A stretch of 64,000 nt of DNA from the human T2T-CHM13v2.0 reference genome, Homo sapiens. The notes beneath the pieces are model-generated. The model worked only from the letters and a program-made list of their open reading frames with translations, did not search any database and was not told the DNA's origin. The stretch's first letter is position 1. Each line of letters starts with the position of its first letter. A program made the position numbers and the translations under genes. The stretch lies in the NCBI RefSeq assembly GCF_009914755.1, contig NC_060926.1. One strand, given 5' to 3'. Below, piece after piece: positions 1 to 18,744 of the stretch.

Positions 1-28
1 CTCCGTCTCAAAAAAAAAAAAAAAAAAA
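1..28 (+). mobile_element. Alu 3' end and poly-A tail (cut by window edge)
   Basis: ctccgtctc followed by an A run. Confidence 0.85.
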
Positions 29-594
29 GATATAATTGATTTGCACACCACAATTACAGTTATAGGGTACTATGAATTTGACTTTGTACTGACTTTCACC
101 TGTGAGTTTCTCACAGATTTTTTTATCAATATGTGGTTACTCTCGGAGTGGCTATGTAGATCTTCTTTGCCATCTGGTATGCATGCAGCAAACAAACCGA
201 AGGGATTAAATCTTACTTTCATTGAGTGTTCAGAAATATTAATGATTAGGAGAAGTCCAATAGGGACGTAACTGTGTAATGACACAATGTGAAGCAGTAA
301 TGCTTTGTGTTAAAGAATGTGTCTGCATTGTGCCTAAATTCCTTTTGAGAATTCCTTTGACTTAAGGGAGTTATCCATTAGTTATTAGAAATTTGTGAAA
401 TTTCTAAGCTCCACATAGAGATCACTTAAATATCCATGTATACTTACGGCGTTATGGGTGAGAAAATGATAATTTGGAAATTCACTTACATTATCTGAAC
501 ATATGACACTTATTCTTAAATCTCCATAGTTTTGTTTTTGGTTTTCCTTTCCCTGGACAGCTCTTCTTCCTATTGTTTATGTACCAAACTTTTG

Positions 595-865
595 TATGTC
601 TTTCAATATTCAAATTGTCACCTCTTCTGTGAAGTCTTTTCTAATCTCATTTACTTTCCCTCCTGTCTCACTCCCAGATATAACTGATCATGCCTTTCTT
701 CATGCCTCACTCTAACCTAGACCTTCTTAGCTCCTTTCTTGTCTAATTCTTTATCTGAACCCTGAGTTCTTTCAATATATAGATTACTTTCCTGCCCTCC
801 CCCTTATAATAAATCCCAGTTTCTAACACAGAGTGTTGGCCTAACAAATATTTGTCAAATAAAAG
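595..865 (+). mobile_element. L2 3' fragment (approximate)
   Basis: gtcacctcttctgtgaagtctttt... and terminal caaatatttgtcaaataaa resemble the L2 3' end. Confidence 0.5.
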
Positions 866-1196
866 AGAGGCTAGTGAAATTCCATTCTTCACAGAGCTCT
901 ATTGCCTTGTTGTTCTTGGGTCCTGATTACGTGTTCAATTCAGCAATTGCAAGAACAAAAGAATTCAATCCAACATTCTATCTCAAATCACACTCACTGA
1001 GCATTTTGTATGTTATACTTTGTCACATAGCTTAAATGAGCACAAGTAAAATGCATGCTATCTGACTCACGTATGAACTACTTTGAACTTCAGGATAAGT
1101 CTACAATGCAATGAAAATGAAAGGGATAGTTTCCTTAATTACCTCTTTTTGTGTTCAAACTGGAAGTCTGGAAATGGTAAATCTCATTTAAAATGA

Positions 1197-2075
1197 CAAT
1201 CCTGAGCAAAAACTTGAAGGTATTGAAGAAGTTAGGCATACATATCTGTGGGAAGAGCATTTCAGGAAAATGAAATGGTCAGTGTGAAGGTTTTACTGCA
1301 GAAGGTTTCAAGGAACACCAAAGAGGCCAGTGGGGCCAGCAGAGAACATAGTGAACAAGGTTGATAGTAAAGTGAAATGAGGTAAGCAAGGGAGTTGGAG
1401 GACTCAAATCATATATAGCCTTATAGGTCACTATGAGGACTTTGGCTTTTATTCTAAGGCATATGGAGAGCCCCTGAAAGGTTTTGAATAGAAGAACAGC
1501 ATATTTAAGCATATGCGCTTTTTTTTGTTTCAAAGACTCTGGTGGTTGAGTTGAGAACACAGTGCAGGTATAGAAGGGTGGAAAAAGGAGATTGCTATGG
1601 TTCTCCAGATAAGAAATGATAGTGGTTTGGATGATAGCAAAAATGGTGAGAGGTGATTGGATTCTGTACATGCTATGGGGGTATGACTTACTGATGATTT
1701 AAATTTGGGATATGAGAGAAAGAGAAGTTAAAGATGACTCCAAGGTTTTTACTTTGAGCAAACAGAAGAATGAAGTTGCCACCAGGTTAAATGGAGAAGA
1801 TTGTAAGTAGATTTAAAGTAAGAAAATCAGAAGTTCAGCTTTAGGTATGTTAAGGTTTTTTTCATGCCTTGTAGATATTTAACTGAAGATTTCAAATGAG
1901 CAATTGAATAAAGAAGTATGTAGTTCAGAAGAGAGGTCTGGGCTAGAGGTATAAGTTTGAAAGTTGTTGGCATAGAGATGGCATTAAAGGCCAGGAAAAT
2001 GGTTAACTCATCAAGGGGATAGGATTAGATTTATAAAAAGAAGAGGAAGAGGATGTGAAGTTCCAAGGACTGAGC
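1197..2075 (-). mobile_element. L2 (LINE-2) fragment
   Basis: Typical antisense-L2 text: gggaagagcatttcagg, aggactttggcttttattctaag, aaagatgactccaaggtttt, gagaggtctgggctagag. Confidence 0.8.
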
Positions 2076-2084
2076 TCTTTGAGA

Positions 2085-2260
2085 GTCAAAGAGATCTAAA
2101 TTCAAATAACAGACTCCTGAATATGAAGCTATATGAATTAGAGAAATTCATTAGTTTCGTTACCTATAAAATATAGAGGTGTAAGTATTTGTGATCATGT
2201 TCTTAAATGTCTGAATTATGATAAATGCTTATTAAGTAATAGCTATTTATTATTATTTTA
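2085..2260 (+). mobile_element. MIR fragment (degenerate)
   Basis: Remnant of the MIR core (agtttc..acctataaaat) and tail (aaatgcttattaagtaatagctatttattattatt). Confidence 0.5.
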
Positions 2261-2429
2261 AAGTAACAAAATAGTCTATATTCAAAGGGTCCCCTGCCAA
2301 TGTAATCCATACATTGAGGAGATCAGATTACAAACCGCTAATCAGGCAAGAGAAGTCCATTTTTAAATTTTCCTGCTGGGTCAGGAGAATGATTAACAGG
2401 AGGAACATGAAATAACCAAGCTCTTTCTC

Positions 2430-2870
2430 GCTAAATTTGAAGAAGTTTCTCAATCTTGACTTTTTACCTCTTGGTGACATGGACTCTTGTTGACAAGTCC
2501 TTTTTTTCTGGAAATAGACATTCCCTTAGGCTTCCCCAGATCAGAATTTTGTGGATTTCCTCTTTTTCTTGGCTATCCTTCAAATTCAGCTATTATCAGA
2601 ATTTCCTTCCAAGCACTCTTCATCTCTCCTTACCTTAGGTTACCTTCTAAATACAGATGACTTCAAAATATTTGTCTCTAACTAAGATTTCTCTCATGAT
2701 GCTTAGGCCTACATGTGTGACTGCCTATACTTACTGGACATGTTCCTTGATGCCCAGAACCTTTGAGTGCATTGTTTCTGCTGCCTGGAACATAATTCCC
2801 TCATCTGGCTGAATTCTATGTATTATTCAAGTTGGAAGTCACTTACTCTTGGAAACTTTTCTGACACCTC
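2430..2870 (+). mobile_element. L2 fragments
   Basis: Pyrimidine-rich L2 sense text: tttcctctttttcttggct, cagatgacttcaaaatatttgtctcta, gcctatacttactggacat. Confidence 0.55.
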
Positions 2871-3589
2871 TCTGTACTCCAATGAATGCATGTGCACACA
2901 AATATACTCTCATTCAGGGTTAAGAAGCATTCCCACCTTCAGTATCCACATTTAGCTATTAGAGGTCTTAAATGAGGGGGGAAACTCAACTTTAGGCATT
3001 TGGAGAAAGATGTTGCATTCCCTACAATCATGATATGAGCCTTGGAATAAGGAAGCCAGTTTATTGTAGGTCAGTGGGGATCTGAAACAAATAGAAAGAT
3101 AATATATAAACGATCAAAAGCAAACAAGCAAACAAATGCAGTATCAAGATCACAAGAGTCACTAACCTAGTTAATATCTGTCAATGATTTTATAACTACT
3201 CTGTGGAGATTAAAATTGGCAAATAAACATTGCAGTCGTGTAGTTATATGTGTCTATATCTGTATGTGGATGCATGTCTACACATATATAGATAATTTAG
3301 TGAGCTATATTTAATTTCTGCTACAATTTGGGCACTGATTTTTAAAATAAACCTTATACTGTCTTTCTAGATACTTTAATTAAAACAATAGACCCAGGCA
3401 TATATTTTGTAATTTTCAAAGAGGAGTAAAATGAGAAATCTCATAGATTCCTTATGGGACATACTACGGAAGCATGAACACATGAAACCCTACTATGATC
3501 TACATATTACATATGAACATACTACAGAAACATGAACATATGAACCCCTAAACAGTTCTATTCGTCTAATTTCATAAACAGATATGTAG

Positions 3590-3682
3590 GGAGATAGATA
3601 GATTAGATAGATAGATGATAGATAGATAGATGTGACTATAGATACAGGTATAGATGTATATGTGTGTATGTTTGTGTGTGTA
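3590..3682. repeat. (TAGA)n microsatellite with adjacent TG-rich tract
   Basis: gatagatagattagatagatagatgatagatagataga...gtgtgtatgtttgtgtgtg. Confidence 0.9.
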
Positions 3683-3954
3683 TCTAGCAATGATACCACA
3701 ATGCTAAACTAGTGTTATTTAATCTTTCAGGTTAAATGATAAAATCTCCTGAGCTACCTATATAATGAAAGAACACTGACTTTTATTACCCTCACAGCAC
3801 AAGATAAGTACTAATATACAAATAAATGAGTGTAATCACCGCACCATTTAGTTCATAGGGCCAACCAAAATATGTAAGCTTTTGATCACTGCCATCTGCT
3901 GCCAACCAATGCAATCACAGTCACCAAAGCTTATCACTAATCATAGACATTACC

Positions 3955-4436
3955 TATTGTTTTCTCTGCCCAATATCCCCTTTATTCTCCAGAAGCAGCA
4001 TGCTTCTACTTCTGGGAACTGTCTCTCCTCTATTACAACCATTGTCATGGAACCTGTTATGCTGTTACAAAACCCCACACTCTAGTCATAGTTCACTGAT
4101 CCAAGGGTTGGCACTTGATCCAAGGTGTTCTTCTAAATGTTTGTCCTAGAACATCAAGTAACCTTTTTCAGGAATAAAATCATAACTGGTCAATATTTAA
4201 AAGCAGTGATGACCATGGAAAACACCAGAGTGCACTGAAAGAAGCAGGAATGAGAGATGGAGACAAACATTTAGCAGCAGGTCCATCCCTAATTCTGAGG
4301 ACTAGCTCCATCTCTACCCTTCGTGGACCTGTGGCTCAATCTTTCCTTGAAATTCACAGCCAATAGAGGCACTTCTTAGCAGAGTCTTGTTGAAGTTGTG
4401 TTTTGGTCACCTGCAAACAAAAGCCTAGAATAATAA
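3955..4436 (+). mobile_element. Old MaLR LTR (MLT1K/L-like)
   Basis: 3' end ttggtcacctgcaaacaaaagcctagaataata and gggttggcacttgatccaag match late MLT1 families. Confidence 0.5.
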
Positions 4437-5021
4437 ACTGAACACCATCGAAATCTAAATATGTATGACCATGCATAAGTCTTCATTTCTACCTAGGCTT
4501 GTATTACCAATATAAATAAGTAAGAGGTTGGAGAAGGTGAAGTCTAATAATCCTTTCAGATTTAATACTCTGTGAGATGAGGACATTCATAGGACTAATC
4601 TTGTTTCTTGAAAATGCCCATCCTGGGCTCTGCTAATAATATCCACAAAATGGTCACAAATGCAATAAGCACATGGTATGGAAGAGAATACACACTTCCA
4701 ACCTAAAAATCCTTTAATGTATAACCCATGGAGTGGTATACAGATTCATAAGCTTTTAAGATAGAGAGCAAGTAGAAACAGTTCTGAGAAACAGAGAAAG
4801 GAAATGGGCACCCTTTATACTACCTCTCAATCAGTCCTTTTAGGATCTAAACATTTCCACTTTACAAAAAAAAAGAAAAAAGAAAAAAAAAAACCTCCTA
4901 CTAATCACTAGTGATTTAAGGAAATTGGAATATATGCCTCTTTTCTGATAATCCATTTGATTATTTCTCCTAATTATTATAAAAAGATAAATTATTTTAG
5001 TATCCACTAGTAATTATCTTA

Positions 5022-5520
<499 letters not shown>

Positions 5521-5764
5521 TTATGACAGAGACAGAGAAAACTGAAAAGAAGACAGCACGGAAGTAAGAAGATGAGATACCACATGGAAGCAGCTGAGAT
5601 TTCCTAAGAAGTGATGCTTTGGTTCCAGTTTCATCTAGAGATATTTACAATTCAGTCAGAACCCACAGTGTGCCATGCACTGTGGAATGCATTTGGCTTA
5701 CATTCAGTCTCTAAGATACTCATGATCTCCCCACTAGGTAGCTTTGCTGATCCAGTTTTTAAAA

Positions 5765-8670
5765 GAAAAGCCAGCAGAAGACAAGAAACAAACAAAATCA
5801 GAGCTGAACTGAAGGAGATAGAGACACAAAAAGCCATTCAAAATATCAACAGATCCAGGAGATTGTTTTTTTTTTTCAAAAAAATTAGTGCTATAGATAG
5901 CGTCTAGCTAGACTAATAAAGAAGAAAAGAGAGAAGATTCAAATAAACACAATCAGAAATTACAAGGGGGATATTACCACTGACCGGGCAGAAATACACA
6001 CAACCATCAGAGAATAGTATGAATATCTCCATGTACATAAACTACAAAATTAATAAGAAATGGGTACCTTCTCCCAAGACTGAACCAGGAAAACACTGAG
6101 TCCCTGAACAGACCAATAATGAGTTCTGAAATTGAAGCAGTAATAAATAGCCTACCAACCAAAAAAGCCCAGGACCAGACAGATTCACAACTGAATTCTA
6201 CCAGATGTGTGAAGAAGAGTTAATACCATTCCTACTGAAACTATTCCAAAAAAAAAGGAGAGATCCCTCCCTAACTCATTCTATGAGGCCAGCATCATTC
6301 TGATGGTAAAATCTGGCAGATACACAACAAAAAATGAAAACTTCAGGCCAATATTTTTTATGAGCATCAGTGCCAAAATCCTCAGCAAAATACTGGCTAA
6401 CTGAATCCAGCAGCACATCAAAAAGCTTACCCACCATGATCAACTATGTTTTGTCCCTGGGATTCAAGGTTGGTTCAACATATGCAAATCAACAAATGTG
6501 ATTCCTCACATAAAGAGAACTAAAGACACAGAATCTCAATAGACACAGAAAAGCCTTTGGATAAAATTCCACACCCATTCATGTTAAAAACCCTCAATAA
6601 ACTAGGTATTGAAGGGAAATACCTCAATAAACTAGGTATTGAAGGGAAATACCTCAAAACAATAAGAACCATATATGACAAACCTATAGCCAACATCTTA
6701 CTGAATGGGCAAACTTGGAAGTATTCCCCTTAAAACCCGGCACAAGACAAGGATGCCCTCTCTCACCACTCCTATTCTACATAGTATTGGAAATTCTGGC
6801 CAGGGCAATCAAGGAAGACAAAGAAGTAAAGGGCATCCAAAGAGGAAGATAGGAAGTGAAACTATTCCTGTTTGCAGATGACATAATTCTATATCCAGAA
6901 AACCACATAGTCTTAGCTCAAAAGTGTTTTAAGGATACAAAACCAATATGCAAAAATCACTAGACTTCCTATACACCAACAACAGTTAAGCTGAGAGCCA
7001 AATCAGGAACAAACTCCCATTCACAATTGCCACAAAAAGAATAAAATACCTAGGAATATGGCTAACTAGGGAGGTGAAAGATCTCTATAAGGAGAACTAC
7101 AAACCACTACTCAAAGAAATCAGAGATGACACAAACAAATGGAAAAACATTGCATCCTCATGGATAGGAAGAATCAATATTGTTAAAATGGCCATACTAT
7201 CCAAAGCAATTTATAGATTCAATGTTATCATGCTACCTGACTCCAAACTATACTGCAGGGCTACAGTAACCAAAACAGTATAGTACTGGTAAAAAACAAA
7301 AAAACAAAGACCATATAGACTAATGGAACAGAACAGAGAATCCAGAAATAAGAATATATACCTACAACTATCTGACCTTCAACAAAGTTGACAAAAACAA
7401 GGAATGGGAAAAGAATTCCCTGTTCAATAAATGGTGCTGCAAGAACTGACTAACCACATGCAGAAGATTAAAACTGAACTCCTTCTTTATATCATATACA
7501 AAAATTAACTGAAGATGGATTAAAGACTTAAATGTGAAAGCCAGAACTATAAAAACCCTGAAAGATAATCTAGGCCATACCACTCAGGACTTAGGCCTGG
7601 GCAAAGATTTCATGAAGAAGACACCAAAAGCAATTGCAACAAAAGCAAAAATTGACAAATGGGATCTAATTAAACTAAAGAGCTCCTGCACAGCAAAAGA
7701 AATTATCAACAGAGTAAACGGACAACGTATAGAATGGGAGAAAATGTTTGCAAACTGTGCATCTGACAAAGATGTAATATCTAGCATTTATAAGGAACTT
7801 ACATTTACAATAAAAAAACTGACCCCATAAAAAAGTGGGGAAAGGATATAGACAGACAGTTTTTAAAAGAAGACATAAATGTATCCAACAATCATGCGAA
7901 AAAAAAAAAAAACTCAACATCACTGAATCATTAGGGAAACGCAAATCAAAACCACAATGAAATACCATCTCACAGTAGCCAGAATGGCTATTAAAAAGTC
8001 AAAAAAATAACAGATGCTGGTGAGGTTGTGGATAAAAAGGAATGCTTACACACTGTTGGTAGAAGTGTAAATTAGTTCAACCATTGTGGAAGAAGGTGTT
8101 GTGATGCCTCAAAGACCTAAAGACAGAAATACCATTCAACCCAGCAATCCTATTACTGGATATATGCCCAAAGGAATATAAATATTTTTATTGGAAATAA
8201 ACATGCATGTGTATTTCACTGCAGCACTATTCACAATAGCAAAGACATGGAATCAACCTAAATGCCCATCAATGATAGACTGAATAAAGAAAAAGTGGTA
8301 CATATATACCATGAAATACTATGCAGCTACACAAAAGGATTAGAACATGTTGTTGCAGGGACATGGATGGAGCTGGAAGGCATTATCCTTAGAAAACTAA
8401 CACAGGAACAGAAAACTAAATACTACATGCTCTCACTTATAAGTGGACGCTAAATGATGAGAACACATGAACACAGAGGGAACAACACACAGTGGGATCT
8501 ATCGGAGGATAGAGGGTGAAAGGAAGGAGAGGATCAGGAAAAGTAACTAATGGGTACTAGGCTTAATACCTGGGTGATGAAATAATCTGTACAACAAACC
8601 CTCATGACACACACTTACCTATGTAACAAACATGAACATGTACACCTAAACTTAAAGGTTTAAAAAATAA
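5765..8670 (+). mobile_element. 5'-truncated older L1PA (L1PA13-16-like): ORF2 remnant plus 3' UTR
   Basis: ORF2 peptide remnants ([13 protein letters not shown]; [14 protein letters not shown]; [12 protein letters not shown]); 3' UTR gagaggatcaggaaaagtaactaatgggtactaggcttaatacctggg; many stops and deletions. Confidence 0.92.
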
Positions 8671-8705
8671 ACCAGGATTCTGTTTTCCCCACAGCTTCAC
8701 CATAC

Positions 8706-9275
8706 ACTTTTGGTGATAATGTAAATTGGTTCAGCCACTGTGAAAAGCAAATTGAAGATTTCTCAAAGAACTTAAGACAGAGCTATCTCATTACTAGATA
8801 TAGGCCCAAAGAAAAATACAACATTATATCAAAAAGACACATGCACTCTAATGTTCATCACCACACTATTCACAATAGCAAAAACACAGAATCAATCTAG
8901 GTGCCCATCAATGGTGGACTGAATAAAGAAAATGTAGTATACACCATGGAATACTATGCAGCCATAAAAAAGAATAAATCATGTCCTTTGCAGCAACATG
9001 GATAGAGTTGAAGGCCATAATCCTAAATGAATTAATGCAGGAAGAAAAAACCAAATGCCACATAATCTCACTTATAAATGGAAGCTAAACATTGAGCACT
9101 TATGGACATAAACATAGGAACAATAGATACCTTGGGCTAATAGAGGAGTAGGAAGGTAGGAAAGCATGGGTTGAAAACTACCTATTTGGTACTATGCTCA
9201 CTATCTATGTGCAATATACCCTTGTAACACCTCACACATGCACCCCCTGTATCTAAAATAAAAGTTGAAAAAAAA
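8706..9275 (+). mobile_element. Second L1 3' end (L1PA16/17-like)
   Basis: ORF2 C-terminal remnant, 3' UTR ggttgaaaactacctatttggtactatgctcac...aataaaagttg and A tail. Confidence 0.85.
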
Positions 9276-9540
9276 TGGTAAAGTTGGTATATTTTATATG
9301 TATATTTTACTTACATTTAAAAAATTTTACAAATAATAAAATAAAAGAAGAAAACTCTGAAGTTCAGAGAGTTTTGCCCCAAACCATAGTCAACAGTGAG
9401 AAGAAGAGGATTTCATGTCACTTCTACCTATGCTTTTTCAGTTTTGCTCTTTGCAACTTTACACAATGGTCCCAAGGTCTACAGATAGTTCCATCAATTC
9501 CTGAAGAAAAGAGTGCGCAAAATGGATGGAAGATCTTGTA

Positions 9541-9711
9541 CAGCGGTGGTTCTCAAAATGCGATCATGGGACTAGCATCATCAGCATCATGTGGGAACTT
9601 GCTAGAAATGGAAATTCACGTACACCCCTCACTAAACTACTAAATTATAACTCCAGCAATCTGTCAAGGCTTCGATGTAATTCTAATGTATGTTTAAGTT
9701 TAAGAACCACT
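9541..9711. mobile_element. MER5A-like hAT-Charlie relic
   Basis: Terminal inverted repeats gtggttctcaaa ... tttaagaaccactg. Confidence 0.75.
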
Positions 9712-9720
9712 GTTGAATAC

Positions 9721-10325
<605 letters not shown>

Positions 10326-11501
10326 ATCTAAAACTCTATTAGAAACAAAGAATCTCTGATGATTCACCCAAACATTAAAGTTTGAGAAACACCCTTCTAT
10401 ATCACTGGACTTTTATCTCCATGAAAACAGGAACCAAGATACTCCATATATGAAGTAGTTCTAACCCAGTTCCATGACATCCACACACTGAGCACCTAGC
10501 ACATTGTATATTGGAGGGCAGAGGAAAAGGATGGGAGACAGGCAGGTGTGCCTCTGATTCCAGATCCCAAGCACAAATTGGTGATTCAACATCTTGAGGC
10601 TGTGCCACCACATGGAGCTCACAGATAAGCCTAAATTGATGAATGAAAGAGTCTCTATTTGTTTCTGTTTTATCATCTTATTGATGTGCCCAAAGCTCTC
10701 AATGAATGATACTGATTTTGTCATCTGCATTTCAGTTCTACCCTAGGATTCTAAAAGTTTCAATTATCTCTGTGGGATTCAACTTTCCAAAACACCAGCA
10801 CATGCTTTTAGGAATAAAGTTATCTTACCAATATTTTATATTTTCCTTTTTGCCATGCAGGGTATCCCAAATCTTTCCAGGTCTCTGAATCTACCTTCCT
10901 GGCAAAGCTGTAGGATACTGCACCCTCTGTCTTCACCCAGGCCCTCCAGCAAGGTGTTAGCCACAGCTCTGCTACAACACAATGGGGGTCTCTCTAATGT
11001 GTGCCACCCTCGTGTGTGTTCTGCACTCTTGGCTACCCTGACGTTGGCTGAAGAGCTGGAAAAAAAAAAGACGCATTTACAGGATTGAGAAGGAGAATCT
11101 TTTCAACCCCTCTCTCCACATCACCATGCAATGTGATGTTCTTTACCATTTCTTCCTTAAGAAAATAAACTCTTACCAGCAAACACCCTTCTCCAGATAT
11201 CATAGTCACAGAACTTGGCTCACTGTTTTATAAATAGGCACCCAACAAGAAATTGTACCATATATTTAAGAAAATGTTTTATCAGATAGGTTTTGAATAG
11301 GTTTTTAAAATAGAGCAATTTGGCTTTAACTGAGGCCCAAATCTTCCATGGTGGCTCCCAAATTTCCCCCTCTCCACTAACGTGTCTCATATAACTACTA
11401 AACAAACACGGCCATTCTCACATGTTGGTTCTGAGTCCACCAGTGAACTGAGAAGATCCTTCCTAAATTCTATGAATCAATCCAAAAACATAAGCACTTT
11501 C

Positions 11502-14686
<3,185 letters not shown>

Positions 14687-15194
14687 TAAGCACTTTCATG
14701 GGTATTTAAGAGTTCTCATCAATGGTCATTCATTTTACTTAAAAAAATAGATATAATCTGTTATGTGAATAAAAATACAGTACAGTATTTTGAAATCAAA
14801 AGTAATGACTTCTAGAGTTTTATAAATATTCTAAATTCAGAATTCTACCAAAAAATCTTACCTTATGTTTGGCAAAGTCATGATGTTCTTGCAGAGCAAG
14901 TGTACTTGTGAATAACTGAAGTCCCAGCACTTTGTGGGGAAGGAAGCTTTGTCAAATAAAAAGCATCAGTGCTGATTTGACTTGATTGTGCTTTTCTATT
15001 ACTAGTATTATTGATTTTTTAATGAAAATTTTCTGTTAATTACTCTTTGTTATTGTCAATATTTGTTGCAGGTTGTTTGATTAAATCTATAAGGTATGGA
15101 GATGCAAATTTAAATCAAGTATAATCTGAGCTTCAATTTGTCGAATAACTAGATTTTAAAACATATTCTTACTGTGGTTCATTCCATCACAAGA

Positions 15195-15292
15195 TGTTTC
15201 CCAAGCAATCATTTAGGCCAGGCCCTGTTCTGAGCATAGAAGTAAGCACTGAGCAAAATCGTCCAAAATCACTGCCCTCAGAGATCTTACCT
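15195..15292 (-). mobile_element. L2 3' fragment
   Basis: taggccaggccctgttctgagc...ctgccctcagagatcttac. Confidence 0.5.
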
Positions 15293-16811
15293 GAATTATT
15301 CATGCCCTGTTTTTATAGCAAATGTGTGATAATCTCTAAGATTTGCTTTTATTATGACTTCATTGCTATAACTGAGTTCATTTTCAACTGGAAAAAGGGA
15401 TGGTATAGGTGATGTCTAAGGTACTTCCTCATTAACATGAAATACAATCAAAACGGCTCAACATTTCAGCACTAAATGATCTCTAGTTTGTCATGATTCT
15501 CTTCTTCATGGCTGCTGCTGCTCAGGGCAACTGTTTCGGAACAAATACTAAAAAATAATTTCTTTGAATAGTCTCAAGTTAAAACCTTCAAAATTATACT
15601 CTACTATCTGCCTAAATCTACTAATTTATATCTGAAATTTCCTTAATAAGCTTTATTCAGCACACTCATCCTGCAGCTCCTATCAGCAATTGAGTACCTC
15701 AGACACCCCTTCAAGCTCATGTCACCTCCCTTTCTCCAGCACCAATTTGGGCTTTTGTTTCCTGCTCAGTTCTGTAGCTAAAGCCTCACTGCATGTTTTC
15801 TGGGCAGCAAATGAAATTCCAATATGGGCAAGCCGGCTCAGTGGAAATTACTCATGGCTTAGCATATGGGAGTTGCATAGCACAGGAAAAGGCTTTGTAA
15901 TCATTCCATTCATTGGTCTGAGCTGAACTTTTAATGGGAAATTGTAATGAGACTGTCTGAGTCACTGCTACTCACCAAACAACCTACATCTTACAGACTA
16001 GGAGAAGAGATGTGCTTTCAAAGCCACTCCATTGTTTTGAGTATATGTCTGTGCATTGTAATTCCCAGAATCAATTTTTATTGCATTACGACTCGTACTG
16101 GGAAAATAGCCCAAGCTCTGAGGCTAGTCATACCTGCTTTCTCTCAAATTCCCACTTGCACTTGGCTGTTTTATAGAAGACATTTGTACCCTGTTTGCTT
16201 ACCCACATGTAAAGTGAAACTTTTTATTTATGTTGTAGATTTTTGAGATTAGAGATAAACTAAAATTTCTAGAATTTACTTGGAATACAGTAGGTGCTTA
16301 AAACACACACGAATTGCTGAAAAATTATAGTTCTCCGCCCCTTCATTTCTGAATTAGAATAAGATTTGATGCTATTTTTAAAGTAATTGTTTTAATGTCT
16401 CTAATATATACATGTAATAATACGTATCGTCATGTCAAAAATCAGTGAGAAAGAGCCTCATATGTTAGCCAATCTCATGGCTTAATTTGTTTGATGTATG
16501 GAATATGTTGTTTAAATGAACATAGCTCATTTGACATCCTGATGTAAATGGATAAAAGATGAGCTTTGCTAGTTGAAAGCAGAGAGGAAGCCTAGAATTA
16601 CATTTCCTCCCAAAAATGGATCCAGAAGGATTTCACTGAACTTCCACTAAACAAAGCCTAATTTGAAAACCACTAACCAGATTTTCTGCTTTATAGATGA
16701 GTTAATTTACAACTAGAGCTGTAGACTTTCCCAAAATCACCTATATACGAGCTAGGATTACAATCCAGGTGCCCAACTCTGAGGCCAAATATTTTATATT
16801 CAGTTTAAGTA

Positions 16812-17415
16812 TTTCATTCATTCAACCGACGCTTGCTGAGAACAGACCACTGTGCCAGGCGCTGTGTGAATTTCTTTGAGGGTAAAAGGTAATAAATTTT
16901 TAGCCCTGCTCTTGGGTAGGAAAGAAAATGGGAGGCATTTGACCACACCACCCAAAAAATACAGGATAGAATAAGGGAAATTTTGAGACGAGGCACTAAA
17001 TATCGTGGGGAGGTGAACAGAATAATTTGTGTCTTCTTGAAACATGAGGTTGTGGAAGCCTAGAGTAATTGCTTTTAAAGAGAGCCGTTAAAGAATGGAA
17101 TAATAACCAGGCAGAAATATAGAAAGCACATGCCAAGAGTAAGATAGAGGATGAACAAAGGCAAAGACTCAGAAAAGCATTATCTAGAAATAGTGAATAT
17201 TTCAAGATTTCCGGACAATAGTACACCAGTAGGGGTGGTGAGAAATAAGAATTTTATTTTAATTTCGTCCAAAGTTATGTAAGGTTTTGAAAGTCTGGCC
17301 AAGAGGCTTGGAATTGATCCTGCAGGCAGTGAAGTGTCATTGAATGATTATGAGGACTTGAATGAAATACTAGGGGCTGTGTTTCAGGAAGATTATTCTG
17401 ATGCTAATGTGGAGA
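16812..17415 (-). mobile_element. L2 3' region
   Basis: ttcattcattcaa tail, ccactgtgccaggcgctgtg, gaggcttggaattgatcctgcaggcagtg. Confidence 0.7.
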
Positions 17416-17569
17416 AAAATATGCATTCAACAACGTGGAAATCATTTTGATGACTCCGTGACCTGTTTTAATGCACATCTCCTAAAAACTTAATTTTTCA
17501 GTAGTTTATACTTTTTCTTCGCTTCACCAACTCACCACCAACATTCATTTTGTTAAGTTTGAGGAGAGA

Positions 17570-17785
17570 AAGACACTGCTATCTATTCAGTGCCTCCCAG
17601 CTAATAAATGTTATTATTTATTCTTCATATCTGTGACCTCTCAACTTGGGAATTATAACCAGTTTTCAGATAAGGAAGCTAGTAATTAAATGCCTTGTCC
17701 AAGGTCGCACAGGTAGTAAGGAATAAAAATGAGAGTCTAACTCAGGCCTGTGTGATTCTAAAACATGAGCTTCTACTCTGTGTGG
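17570..17785 (-). mobile_element. MIR
   Basis: ttttcagataaggaagct...ttgtccaaggtcgcacaggtagtaag (antisense MIR core). Confidence 0.7.
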
Positions 17786-18378
17786 CAGTTTCTAGAATAA
17801 ACCAAGCAGTTAGGGTCACAGCTGTATTAGGAAGTGTCTGGAAGCTGAGAATGGCCTGGGGGTGGGGGATAGAGTTCCTCTTGATATTGAAATGTTTCTT
17901 TAGCAGAAGTAAATGGGAATATCGAACAGTATCAGTCACTGAACATTCACACTGTTCAAATCCTGTTGTGAGATTGCATAAGGACCTGGGAATGTATGCA
18001 ATGCCCAGAGAATAACAACCACAACAAATAGAGCCAAAGGTAAAGAGACTTGGGAAAATGAAAAATTACCTTCCTGGGTTATGCCTACAGGAAGACAAAC
18101 ACCCTAACTGGTAAATGTTTTGAAAAGTCTGATGTTACTTGAGTCTGGACCATAGGGTTTCCTGCTTACATGGTCTGAGTTAGTATGTTCAGGCTAAGGC
18201 ATGGGGAAAGGAGGGAAAGTCTATTTGGACTTAAACTCATCAAAAGAGAAACATAAACTCATGATCCAGTACCACGTCTTCATCTTATTCATCTCTCCTG
18301 CAAACAAAATCTATAGAGATAACTTAAAGCATTAAAATGCAAAATTCTTCACTCAACATAGAATATTCTTATCATACT

Positions 18379-18700
<322 letters not shown>

Positions 18701-18744
18701 CTAGCATTAGATCTCCATGAAAGCAAGGACTTTATATCTTGGTT

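Noticed and set aside
1279-1671. 130-aa ORF (also 36158-36658, 166 aa)
   Set aside because: Lies in decayed L2 (the second runs into an Alu); chance open frames
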